This document shows, piece after piece, positions 39,667 to 48,380 of a stretch of 64,000 nt of DNA. The stretch is from Deltaproteobacteria bacterium RIFCSPHIGHO2_02_FULL_44_16 (GTDB lineage: Bacteria; UBA10199; 2-02-FULL-44-16). Both the position numbers and the translations under genes were made by a program. Numbering within the stretch: position 1 is the first letter of the stretch; every line of letters starts with the position of its first letter. The notes under the pieces were generated by a model. It ran no database searches. It was not told where the DNA came from and saw only the letters and a list, made by a program, of their open reading frames with translations. The stretch spans positions 19,925 through 83,924 of the forward strand of contig MGRM01000005.1 in the NCBI GenBank assembly GCA_001798185.1, read 5' to 3'.

Positions 39667-40563
39667 ATGAAGAGACGGCTGCAATTATTACTGTATTCAA
39701 TGCGTTCGCAACTTGCACATTTTCCAGGTATGTTTGCTTTACTGAAGATTTTCATGCTGTTTTTACCCAAAAATTTGAAAGCGAATTATTATGGCGTAAC
39801 CATGTATATCGATTCTCGAGATCTTCGCTCAATGAAGGAAGCTTTTTTAAAATCTCCTTATGAAAACAAAATGCATGAAACTTTTAACAATGTTCTTAAA
39901 GCAGGTATGTCAGTTGTTGATATAGGTGCACATATTGGATTGTTTTCGCTTATTGCAGGTCAAAAAGTTGGAGCAGAAGGGCATGTGTATGCTTTTGAAC
40001 CCATGCCCAGATGTTATGAATTACTGCAAAAGAACATTCAACTTTATAATCTCAATAACGTGGAAGCAATTCAATCCATTGTGACGAATAAACAAGGGAA
40101 AACGGAATTGTGGATGGATAAATATTATTCGATTCTGGGTTCGCTTCATAAAGACAATCTTATGAATAAGGGAGAAAAAGTTGAAGTGGATGCTATAACC
40201 CTTGATCATTTTTTTCTCGGCACAGATAGTCATGAGCGTCGTATAGATATTATTAAAATGAATATTCAGGGTGCTGAAGGGTTAGTGATTGATGGGGCAA
40301 AGCAATTACTTCGCTCAAAAGGACCAACCATATTTATGGAGTTTTGGCCTTTTGGCTTAAAAAAAATGGGGAGTGATCCAGAGCAACTCTTCGATACGTT
40401 AACGGGCTATGGGTATCAGGTTTATAGGATCCATATGGATGATGCCAGTTTAAAACCGATGAAGAAAAGTGACATTTTCCCCCTCTCTGATTTTTATATG
40501 AAAAAATCAGTAGCAATGTATTTGCTGTGGCAAATGCCCAGAACAAATGAGTTGTCTCTATGA
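39667..40563 (+). CDS. FkbM family methyltransferase
   Basis: VDIGAHIG, AFEP, TLD, KMNIQGAE. Confidence 0.9.
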   Translation: MKRRLQLLLYSMRSQLAHFPGMFALLKIFMLFLPKNLKANYYGVTMYIDSRDLRSMKEAFLKSPYENKMHETFNNVLKAGMSVVDIGAHIGLFSLIAGQKVGAEGHVYAFEPMPRCYELLQKNIQLYNLNNVEAIQSIVTNKQGKTELWMDKYYSILGSLHKDNLMNKGEKVEVDAITLDHFFLGTDSHERRIDIIKMNIQGAEGLVIDGAKQLLRSKGPTIFMEFWPFGLKKMGSDPEQLFDTLTGYGYQVYRIHMDDASLKPMKKSDIFPLSDFYMKKSVAMYLLWQMPRTNELSL

Positions 40564-41441
40564 AAACTCTCTTTCGTTTTTTAAAACGTGCTGGTTTGGG
40601 TCGGGTTCCTGGTTTGCTGCAGCTCTATAATTTTCTCTATAGTATTTTTATTCGATTCTCTCGCATCGACCCTATTGTTCATCTTGACGGACAAAAAATT
40701 CTGGTAAGCAAAGAGGATTTGTCTACTTCAAGAAGATTATTGGTATATGGTGAACATGTTCAAGAAACAGCAGAATTTCTCAAAAATATTGTGAAAGAGG
40801 GAATGATCGTAGCTGATATCGGGGCGAACATTGGTTATTATACATTACTTTCAGCAAAGCGCGTTGGGACGAAGGGGCGTGTTTATGCTTTTGAGCCGGA
40901 TCCCCGTTGTGTTGAGATTTTACAAAAAAATATTTTGCTCAACGCTTATTCAAACATTTCTATTGTGCAGAATGCTGTTTCTCATACAACTGGAAAGACA
41001 ATTCCAGTCTATCTCGATAAACATCATTTTTCTCTCACATCTTTAGCAAAAGAGAATGTAACTACCACTGAAGAAAAAATCGAAATTACCACTATCTCTT
41101 TGGACGATTTTTTTGAGAAACAAATTGGCAATAGTCGTTTGGATTTTGTAAAGATGAATATTCAAGGGGCTGAAGGTTATGTCATTGAAGGTGCGAAAAA
41201 ATTGTTTCAAAAGAATAACCTCACCTTGATTACGGAATTTTGGCCGGAGGGTCTGGAAAAGTGCGGGACGGATCCACAAAAACTTTTGTTGATGTTGAAA
41301 GAGTTAGGTTATACGTGGAGACCTGTTGGTCATAATGAGGAAAAGAAGAAATCATATTCCATTGGTGAGATTATTTCTCTGGGAAACAAGTTTATTCACC
41401 AAAAAAAGAAATCTCTCCATCTTGTTGTTTCAAGAGTTTAA
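40560..41441 (+). CDS. FkbM family methyltransferase
   Basis: DIGANIG, AFEP, SLDD, KMNIQGAE. Confidence 0.9.
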   Translation: MKTLFRFLKRAGLGRVPGLLQLYNFLYSIFIRFSRIDPIVHLDGQKILVSKEDLSTSRRLLVYGEHVQETAEFLKNIVKEGMIVADIGANIGYYTLLSAKRVGTKGRVYAFEPDPRCVEILQKNILLNAYSNISIVQNAVSHTTGKTIPVYLDKHHFSLTSLAKENVTTTEEKIEITTISLDDFFEKQIGNSRLDFVKMNIQGAEGYVIEGAKKLFQKNNLTLITEFWPEGLEKCGTDPQKLLLMLKELGYTWRPVGHNEEKKKSYSIGEIISLGNKFIHQKKKSLHLVVSRV

Positions 41442-41444
41442 TTT

Positions 41445-42173
41445 ATGAAAACATTGATTCTGGCTGCAGGTCTTGGCTCACGGCTTCAGCATAAAACACA
41501 ACATTCACCTAAAGCTTTAGTTCGCATCCATGACAAGCCAATTTTGGCCTATCAGTTAGATGCCTTGTCAGCGTGTGGCATGAAGGATATCGGTATTGTT
41601 CTTGGATATCAGGGAGAAATGATCAAAGAGTATATCGAGCAAAATTATTCTTTTCTTCATACGACTTTTTTTTGGAATCATGACTATGCTTCTTCCAATA
41701 GTTCCTATTCCTTTTGGATGGCAAAAGATTGGATTGCGGATGAAAGTTATATTCACTTGAATTGCGATATTCTTTTTTCACCCACATTGTTACAGAAACT
41801 TCTGAAGCACAGGCATGAAAACGTCATTGCGATAAAACGAGATGTGTCGCTGGGTGGACGCCTTGAACATGTCGTGGTGAAGGGTGAGCAGATCCAAAAA
41901 ATGTCGATCGAATATGATCCGCAAGCGACAGGAAAAGCCTTTGGCCTGGCGAAGCTTGGAACTTTGAGTCACGTTATTTTACAGAAGCTAATTGCAACGT
42001 ATCTTGCTCAAGGGGATAAAAATCAAAATTACTTTGGGATGATCCGTCATGCCATTCATCAAAAAATTCCTTATTATGTACTCGATGCCACGCATGAAGA
42101 ACTTTTTGAAGTGAACACCTTAGAAGATTACAAAAAAGTAGAAGAGTATGTAGCGCACAAAAAACTATGTTGA
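41445..42173 (+). CDS. Nucleotidyltransferase, LicC/phosphocholine cytidylyltransferase-like
   Basis: LAAGLGSRL, PKAL, N.DY, EVNTLED. Confidence 0.82.
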   Translation: MKTLILAAGLGSRLQHKTQHSPKALVRIHDKPILAYQLDALSACGMKDIGIVLGYQGEMIKEYIEQNYSFLHTTFFWNHDYASSNSSYSFWMAKDWIADESYIHLNCDILFSPTLLQKLLKHRHENVIAIKRDVSLGGRLEHVVVKGEQIQKMSIEYDPQATGKAFGLAKLGTLSHVILQKLIATYLAQGDKNQNYFGMIRHAIHQKIPYYVLDATHEELFEVNTLEDYKKVEEYVAHKKLC

Positions 42174-42928
42174 AATCATTTCTTCTTGCCCTTTTTCCCT
42201 TTCGATTTGCACTTCTTCTCTTTTTTTTCGGTCTTCTCTTTTTATTTGTCCGAAAAGAGCGTTTGGCAAAGAGAGTGCTTGTGGTGAGTTTTTGTATTCT
42301 TTTTTTGGGGAGTCTTTCTGGTTTTTCTGGGCGGCTTCTTTTCAATCTTGAATCGCGGTATCCTTCATTTGATGTTTTGATCCAAAAGGAAAATCTGGAA
42401 AATATAATGTACATTGTTGTCTTAGGAGATGGACATGTTGAAGAAGTTTCCTGGCCATTGACGAGTCAACTCAGCGATGAAATGCTGAAACGAACAGTTG
42501 AAGGGATGCGACTGCATCTGCAGTTGCCGCATACCAAAATTGTGGTTTCAGGTGGTAAGCTTACGAAAAAAAGTGAGGCTGAGGTGATGCAAGAGTTGCT
42601 CGTTTCACTCGGGATTTCAGCAGACGACATTATCACCGAAAGAAAATCTGCAAATACCTACGAACAAGCACTTTTTTTGAAGCCGATCTTACGGCAGCAG
42701 CGGTTTATTCTGGTGACTTCCGCCAGACATATGCCTCGTGCCATGAAACTTTTTCAAGAACATGACCTCCAGCCTCTGGCAGCGCCAACTGCACATTATG
42801 TTTTGAGTACCAAAAGTTTTATTCCCAGCTTAAGACATTTTCAAAAACTTGAAATTGCCCTCTATGAATATTTAGGATTGATAAAAAATGCTTTTTTGCA
42901 AAGAACCGAACATGAATCTTCCAACTGA
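42167..42928 (+). CDS. ElyC/YdcF (DUF218) family protein
   Basis: Two N-terminal TMs, IVVLG, SGG, EA..M, NTYE.A, LVTSARHMPRA, YEYLG. Confidence 0.88.
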   Translation: MLKSFLLALFPFRFALLLFFFGLLFLFVRKERLAKRVLVVSFCILFLGSLSGFSGRLLFNLESRYPSFDVLIQKENLENIMYIVVLGDGHVEEVSWPLTSQLSDEMLKRTVEGMRLHLQLPHTKIVVSGGKLTKKSEAEVMQELLVSLGISADDIITERKSANTYEQALFLKPILRQQRFILVTSARHMPRAMKLFQEHDLQPLAAPTAHYVLSTKSFIPSLRHFQKLEIALYEYLGLIKNAFLQRTEHESSN

Positions 42929-43973
42929 AAAAATAAGCGTTGTTATTCCTTGTTACAATGAAGAAAGATACATTGGAAAGTGTCTTGATTCGATTCTTGC
43001 GAATGATTATCCACATCACTCTCTTGAAATTATCGTTGTGGATGGCCGGAGTGATGATAGAACAAGAGATATTGTTCATCTCTATCAAGAAAAATATTCT
43101 TTTCTTCGTTTATTAGAGAACCCGGAACGTTTTACCACCGCGGCGCTGAATAAAGGTATTCAAGCTGCATCGGGCGAGATCATTTTAAGAATAGATGCCC
43201 ATTCTGTCTATCCCACCGAGTACATTTCAAAATGTGTGAAATATTTGCGACAGTATGATGCAAGTAATGTAGGAGGTGTTTGGCGTATTCGTCCTGGAGA
43301 AGAAACTTTTATCGCGAAAGCCATTGCTCTTGCTCTGGCGCATCCCTTTGGTATTGGGCTTGCTCGATATCGAACCGTCAAAGTGTCGCATTCTCCGCAA
43401 GAGGTGGATACCGTTCCCTATGGCTGTTTTCCGAAAAAGATTTTTGAACACATCGGTTATTTTAGAGAAGATCTGCCTCGTTGGAAAGGGAGGTGCAATG
43501 AAGACATTGATTTTAATAAACGGATTCGAGAGAGTGGAGGAAAAATTTTTCTCATTCCGGAAATTATTGTCTATTACTATGCACGTGGGACTTTAAAGTC
43601 TTTTTTACAACATAATTTTAATAATGGAGTTCTTGTCACCATGCCACTCGGAAATAACGATATGGATTTTTCGTATCGACATCTGGTTCCGGGGTTTTTT
43701 GTTCTGAGCTTTATGACATTGATACCTCTCTCTTTTATAAGTCCTTTTTTTCGTACTCTTTTTTTCTTTCCTATGGCACTTTATCTCAGCCTCAGTCTTT
43801 ATTTTTCCTTTAAAAGAATGTTCGTCTACAAAAATCCTCTTTATTTCTTTTTCATGCCCGTTGTCTTTTTTGTTCTTCATCTCAGTTATGGCTTGGGCTC
43901 TCTCTACGGTCTTTTAAAAGCATTTCGCATGAAATGGCAAAATGCGGTGAAGTTGGAGAAACCTCTTTCATGA
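42912..43973 (+). CDS. GT2 glycosyltransferase (ExoA-like)
   Basis: SVVIPCYNEE, VDGRSDD, RIDAH, NEDIDFN; C-terminal TMs. Confidence 0.88.
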   Translation: MNLPTEKISVVIPCYNEERYIGKCLDSILANDYPHHSLEIIVVDGRSDDRTRDIVHLYQEKYSFLRLLENPERFTTAALNKGIQAASGEIILRIDAHSVYPTEYISKCVKYLRQYDASNVGGVWRIRPGEETFIAKAIALALAHPFGIGLARYRTVKVSHSPQEVDTVPYGCFPKKIFEHIGYFREDLPRWKGRCNEDIDFNKRIRESGGKIFLIPEIIVYYYARGTLKSFLQHNFNNGVLVTMPLGNNDMDFSYRHLVPGFFVLSFMTLIPLSFISPFFRTLFFFPMALYLSLSLYFSFKRMFVYKNPLYFFFMPVVFFVLHLSYGLGSLYGLLKAFRMKWQNAVKLEKPLS

Positions 43974-45433
43974 CCATTTCTTCAAAACAGCTTATTCGAA
44001 ATATTACGAGCATTACATGCGCCTATGTAGGACGGAAAGCTCTGACGTTTATCTATTTTACGCTCATTGCACGATATAGCGGTGTTGAAGTGACAGGCGC
44101 TTACTTTTTACTCGTTTCTTTTGCAGCTGTCATCACATCATTTTTGGATTTTGGTTTTTCAAACACTCTTATTCGCGAAGCTTCAAAAGCTCCCGAAAAA
44201 CTCGCCTTCTATTTAAATAATATTCTAACAGCAAAAATTTTTCTCAGTGCTCTCGCCATTGTTGCGGGGACTTTTATTTTGATTTTTTTCGACTATAGTT
44301 TGCGCATAAAAATTTTGGTTGCGATGCTCGTTGCGACCATGATTTTCGAAACATTTGCGGAAACTTTTTTTTCATGTGCGCGTGTGCGTCATCACATGAA
44401 AACAGAAGCTCAAACACTTGTTATTGGACAATTTATTACGCTCATGGTGGGAGGACTCTCTCTTTGGCTTTATCCAAGTCTTTATTTGTTGATCTTGGCG
44501 CTTCTTTTAAATCAGATGTGTCATTTTTTCCGTTCATACTATCTGGTAGTGCATACCCTGTCTCTTCCATTGCAACTTTCATTTGATAAAACCACGTTCA
44601 TCTCTTTAACAAAAATTGCAATTCCGTTTCATATCGCGGTTTTATTTGAACAAATTCTTTATGCGGATGCTTTTATTCTGAAATATTTAACCGAAGATAG
44701 AATAGTTGGTCTTTTTGGAGTTTCCCACGCTCTTATCAACGCCTTTCGTTTTATTCCCATTGTTCTTGGCTTAGCTATTTTCCCGGCATTAAGTTCCTTC
44801 CATGCTTTTTCACCTTCAAAATTTAAAAAACTTTTTCAAGGTTTCTATACAGTTCTTTTAAGTTTAGTGGCGCCATTGGCCATTTTTCTTCTTCTCTTTT
44901 CTTCAGAGGCGATCGATCTTCTCTTTGGAGAAAAATATATTGAGTCAAGTAGAACGCTTCAAATTTTAGCACTTTCACTTCTCCCGCTTTTTTTAAGCTA
45001 TCCTTTTAGTAAATTACTGGATGCTTGTAACAAACAACTTCTGAATGCAACGTTGAAGGGAATATCACTTGTTATTCACCTCACCTTGACTGTTGTTCTT
45101 ATTCCTTCCTTTGGTGCTGTCGGGATCGCTCTTTCCTGTCTTTTGAGTTATACATTTCTTTTCCTTGCCTCCATGCATTATGGATCAAAAATGCTTCCTC
45201 ATGTTTATTCATTTTGTTTCAAGAATATGTTGTATGTCATGTTAGCATCCTGTTTTATGGGGTATTGTCTTTTTATTTTAAAACTGTTTCTGCATCCTTT
45301 TGTTCTCATTCCTTTTGGATTCTTCCTTTATATATCTTCTCTCATTCTTTTAAGAGGAATGACCCGAAGCGGTTTTAATAAAGATGAAGCTTATAGGGAA
45401 TGGTTATTACTTGCGAAACGTGCTTTGCGATAA
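43970..45433 (+). CDS. wzx: Wzx-type flippase
   Basis: About 14 TM segments, DFGF..LIRE, LIP.FGAVG.A. Confidence 0.85.
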   Translation: MTISSKQLIRNITSITCAYVGRKALTFIYFTLIARYSGVEVTGAYFLLVSFAAVITSFLDFGFSNTLIREASKAPEKLAFYLNNILTAKIFLSALAIVAGTFILIFFDYSLRIKILVAMLVATMIFETFAETFFSCARVRHHMKTEAQTLVIGQFITLMVGGLSLWLYPSLYLLILALLLNQMCHFFRSYYLVVHTLSLPLQLSFDKTTFISLTKIAIPFHIAVLFEQILYADAFILKYLTEDRIVGLFGVSHALINAFRFIPIVLGLAIFPALSSFHAFSPSKFKKLFQGFYTVLLSLVAPLAIFLLLFSSEAIDLLFGEKYIESSRTLQILALSLLPLFLSYPFSKLLDACNKQLLNATLKGISLVIHLTLTVVLIPSFGAVGIALSCLLSYTFLFLASMHYGSKMLPHVYSFCFKNMLYVMLASCFMGYCLFILKLFLHPFVLIPFGFFLYISSLILLRGMTRSGFNKDEAYREWLLLAKRALR

Positions 45434-45436
45434 AAT

Positions 45437-46183
45437 ATGAACGATAACATTTCCCAACCTGTTATTTTGATTACCGGAGCAAGCGGCGGCATTGGAGCTG
45501 GTGTTGCTGATTCTTTATTTGAACGTGGATATACACGGATTGCATGTCAGCATCGTTCGTCTTCGGATCATCTTGGACGCATTATCCAAAAATATACTTT
45601 GGATCCCAAACAACATTTATTTCAAGGTGATCTGACAAATGAAGCGTATGTTGAGGAACTCGAAAAAAAAATAAACGAACAGTTTGGTGCCGTCGATGTG
45701 CTCATTAATTTAGCAGGAGGCTCAACAAACGGGCTTTCCTGGAAGCTATCGCTCCAAGAATTTCACGATGTTATGGCGATGAATCTTACGACTACTTTTC
45801 TGACGTGCCGACAATTTATTCCTCGCATGCGAGAAAAAGGATTTGGAAGAATTATAAACACCTCCTCTGTTGTTGCTTTCAAAGGGACAACAGGAGCGGC
45901 GCATTACAGCGCAGCAAAAGCAGCCGTTGTGGGATTTACCAAATCGCTTTCTTTGGAACTCGCGAATAAAAACATCACTGCGAATACGCTTGCTCTGGGA
46001 TATTTTGATGTTGGCATTATCAATCACGTTCCTGTTGAGATGCAGCGGAAGATCCAGCAAGACATTCCCTTGAAAAGATTTGGTACGGTCAAAGAGATTG
46101 GTCGGCTTGTTGAATATCTCTTAAACGATGAGTCTGCATATATTACCGGTCAAATCTTTCATATTAATGGTGGGCTGTATTGA
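45437..46183 (+). CDS. FabG/PhaB-like SDR reductase
   Basis: TGASGGIG, YSAAKA, ITGQ...NGGLY. Confidence 0.85.
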   Translation: MNDNISQPVILITGASGGIGAGVADSLFERGYTRIACQHRSSSDHLGRIIQKYTLDPKQHLFQGDLTNEAYVEELEKKINEQFGAVDVLINLAGGSTNGLSWKLSLQEFHDVMAMNLTTTFLTCRQFIPRMREKGFGRIINTSSVVAFKGTTGAAHYSAAKAAVVGFTKSLSLELANKNITANTLALGYFDVGIINHVPVEMQRKIQQDIPLKRFGTVKEIGRLVEYLLNDESAYITGQIFHINGGLY

Positions 46184-46328
46184 AAAGTCCGCAGGAGGCG
46201 ATTGTCGAGCGGCGTCTTCAGACACTGGAAACGAAGCCTCAATATCCAGTAGGCTGAAGCACAGGCAAAAATCCGGCGTGTGAGGATTTTTGCCGTAGTG
46301 AGACAACGCCTCCGAGAGACTTTTCAAT
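46179..46328. mobile_element. MITE-like structured repeat, family C, copy 1
   Basis: TIR attgaaaagtc/gacttttcaat; internal hairpin ggcaaaaatcc-9nt-ggatttttgcc; inverted homolog at 52541-52692. Confidence 0.85.
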
Positions 46329-46334
46329 TTATAG

Positions 46335-47423
46335 ATGAAGATCACATTCGATCAATTCAACCGACAAAAAAATTTACACGAGCAGCGAAAACTTTATGCT
46401 CACTGCTTTCCCGAAAGCCATTTGTCCGCAGAAGAGAGCGAAGCTCATTATCAATGGCAATTTGCAAGTTTTCCTCATCTTCATCAAGGTAGTGCTAGCT
46501 ATGAGTATGCAGCTTTCGATAATGATGAAATGGTTGGCTACTATGCAGCGCTTCCTTATCGATATAACATCGAAGGGGTACTTTGTACGTGTGGCATGGT
46601 CTGCGATGTCATGACCCATCCGCAGAAGAGAGGACAGGGCATTTTTAAACAACTGGGAATGTTTGCGACAGAAGATCTAAAAAGAGCTCAGCTCCATTTT
46701 ACCTCTGGGTATCCTATTCGCAAGGATGTGATGCCCGGTCATCTCAGTGTCGGATGGAAAGTCGGTTTTAAATTGCCGATGTTTGTCTCTTTTTTGGCAT
46801 CGCGTGCGATGCTTCAAAAAATTCATCTTTCTCTTGTGGCTCCATTTGCTGATGCGTTGTTGATTTTTTTCAATGCTCTTTTGAGTTTTTATTGGCGCAA
46901 GAAAATTCCCTTCTATGATGTGGAGTCCAGAGAAGCTTCCGAAACTTCCTTACAATCTCTTCTCCCCTTTATTGCTCTTTGGGAAAAAGAGCAGAATTTT
47001 TTTTTGATCAAAGATTTTGAGTTTTTGAGGTGGAGACTGGGAAAAAAAAATGCTCATTACAAAATATTTTTTCTTCAAAAAAGTGATGACATTGTCGGTG
47101 CTGCGCTGGTTCGATATACAAATTTTTACGGTATTCCCGCGGCAGTCATTCTCGATTGCATGGTTCTTCGGGATCATCTTCAAGCGTCACCACGGATGTT
47201 TTCGGAGATAAAGAAAGCGGCGTTTCAAGACAGATGTGAAGCTGTGGTGGTCATGATGAGTGGTCACTGGGGAAAGAGGTATCAACTGCGCAAGGCAGGT
47301 TTTTTGAGATCGCCCTATGTGTTTCAATTCATTTCAAAAAAATTGAATTATTCCATGGAAGAAAAAAATTTTCTCGATGAAAAAAACTGGCATCTGATGT
47401 GGATCGATTCTGATCGGTTTTAG
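46335..47423 (+). CDS. GNAT family acyltransferase
   Basis: DVMTHPQKRGQGIF acyl-CoA motif A; GYP; second GNAT-like half. Confidence 0.8.
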   Translation: MKITFDQFNRQKNLHEQRKLYAHCFPESHLSAEESEAHYQWQFASFPHLHQGSASYEYAAFDNDEMVGYYAALPYRYNIEGVLCTCGMVCDVMTHPQKRGQGIFKQLGMFATEDLKRAQLHFTSGYPIRKDVMPGHLSVGWKVGFKLPMFVSFLASRAMLQKIHLSLVAPFADALLIFFNALLSFYWRKKIPFYDVESREASETSLQSLLPFIALWEKEQNFFLIKDFEFLRWRLGKKNAHYKIFFLQKSDDIVGAALVRYTNFYGIPAAVILDCMVLRDHLQASPRMFSEIKKAAFQDRCEAVVVMMSGHWGKRYQLRKAGFLRSPYVFQFISKKLNYSMEEKNFLDEKNWHLMWIDSDRF

Positions 47424-47427
47424 TGTC

Positions 47428-47449
47428 GTCATTCCCGCGCAGGCGGGAA
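47428..47449. repeat. Single-arm family A hairpin between convergent genes
   Basis: gtcattcccgcgcaggcgggaa. Confidence 0.75.
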
Positions 47450-47461
47450 CAGGGATAACAT

Positions 47462-48340
47462 TCAAGAATGTGATTGATACTTTTTAACATATTCTTCCAT
47501 TGTGAGAAATTCGACATTGTGTTTTGCAATCCAGGAAAAGAGTTCGTGATTCATGATGTGAATTTTTTCTCCAAGATAACGCCTTCCCATCCAGACACGA
47601 AGCGGAAATCCTCGAATAAGCCATGTGCGATGGGGAATGAAAAGTTTCCAGGAAAAAGGAATGCGCTTTTCATAAACAAACTCGTGGGGATGGACCAGAT
47701 ACACAATCGGTTTTCCTGTCAGTTTTGATTCAAGATAAAAAAGTTCAAATAAACATTTCATAAAGGTGACACCAAAAATACGAAGCGTTGTGGAAACAAA
47801 AGGGATCATAAAGGCAGAGACTGGAATTTCAAAAAGTTTCATCTCTCCCTTTCGGTAAGGAGATGTTTTGCTGGGATGATAAGGGTTTCGAGGAGCAATA
47901 AGCCAGCCAGGATTTATGAGGTTTGAAGAGAGAAAATCGAGTCGCTGGGAACACACGGAAGAATCAACACTGTAGCCGAGCTCTTCGAGGACCGACAGGG
48001 TTGAGCTTGAAGTCTTCACGCGAGGAGATCGAAAGGAACGAATGGGTTTGCCGAGAAGTTTTTCAAGACGCTCTGTCGCTTCCCCAAGTATCTGTTGTGC
48101 CGCTTCTTTTGGAAGTCGATGAAACTCTTCTGTATCGTCATGATAAAGGCCATGACATCCGATTTCGTGTCCGTCCTGAGCAATTTTCTGAAGCGTTTTG
48201 TGTTCAGCGTAAGAAGCTGTATAGAAAAAAGTAGCCTTAATTCCATTTGCTTTTGTAAGCTCAAGCGCATAATCAATGGCCTCCTCGAGCTTCTCGCAGG
48301 GATCCACGTCAAAGGTGATAAGCACGGGAACTTTTTTCAT
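47462..48340 (-). CDS. Polysaccharide deacetylase (CE4/NodB-like)
   Basis: ITFDVD, ATFF, HEIGCHG..H, FRSP, YLVHPHE. Confidence 0.9.
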   Translation of the reverse strand: MKKVPVLITFDVDPCEKLEEAIDYALELTKANGIKATFFYTASYAEHKTLQKIAQDGHEIGCHGLYHDDTEEFHRLPKEAAQQILGEATERLEKLLGKPIRSFRSPRVKTSSSTLSVLEELGYSVDSSVCSQRLDFLSSNLINPGWLIAPRNPYHPSKTSPYRKGEMKLFEIPVSAFMIPFVSTTLRIFGVTFMKCLFELFYLESKLTGKPIVYLVHPHEFVYEKRIPFSWKLFIPHRTWLIRGFPLRVWMGRRYLGEKIHIMNHELFSWIAKHNVEFLTMEEYVKKYQSHS

Positions 48341-48380
48341 AGAGATTGTTTTTCAGAAATAACTGCGGAGCACAAGTGCT

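Noticed and set aside
41445..42173. Phosphonate pathway suggested by the LicC-like cytidylyltransferase
   Set aside because: No PEP mutase or phosphonopyruvate decarboxylase seen in the window.
46121..46345. Short similar ORFs 46121-46345 (-) and 52513-52716 (+) sharing YGKNPH.PDFCL
   Set aside because: The similarity comes from the family C repeat; there is no evidence of translation.
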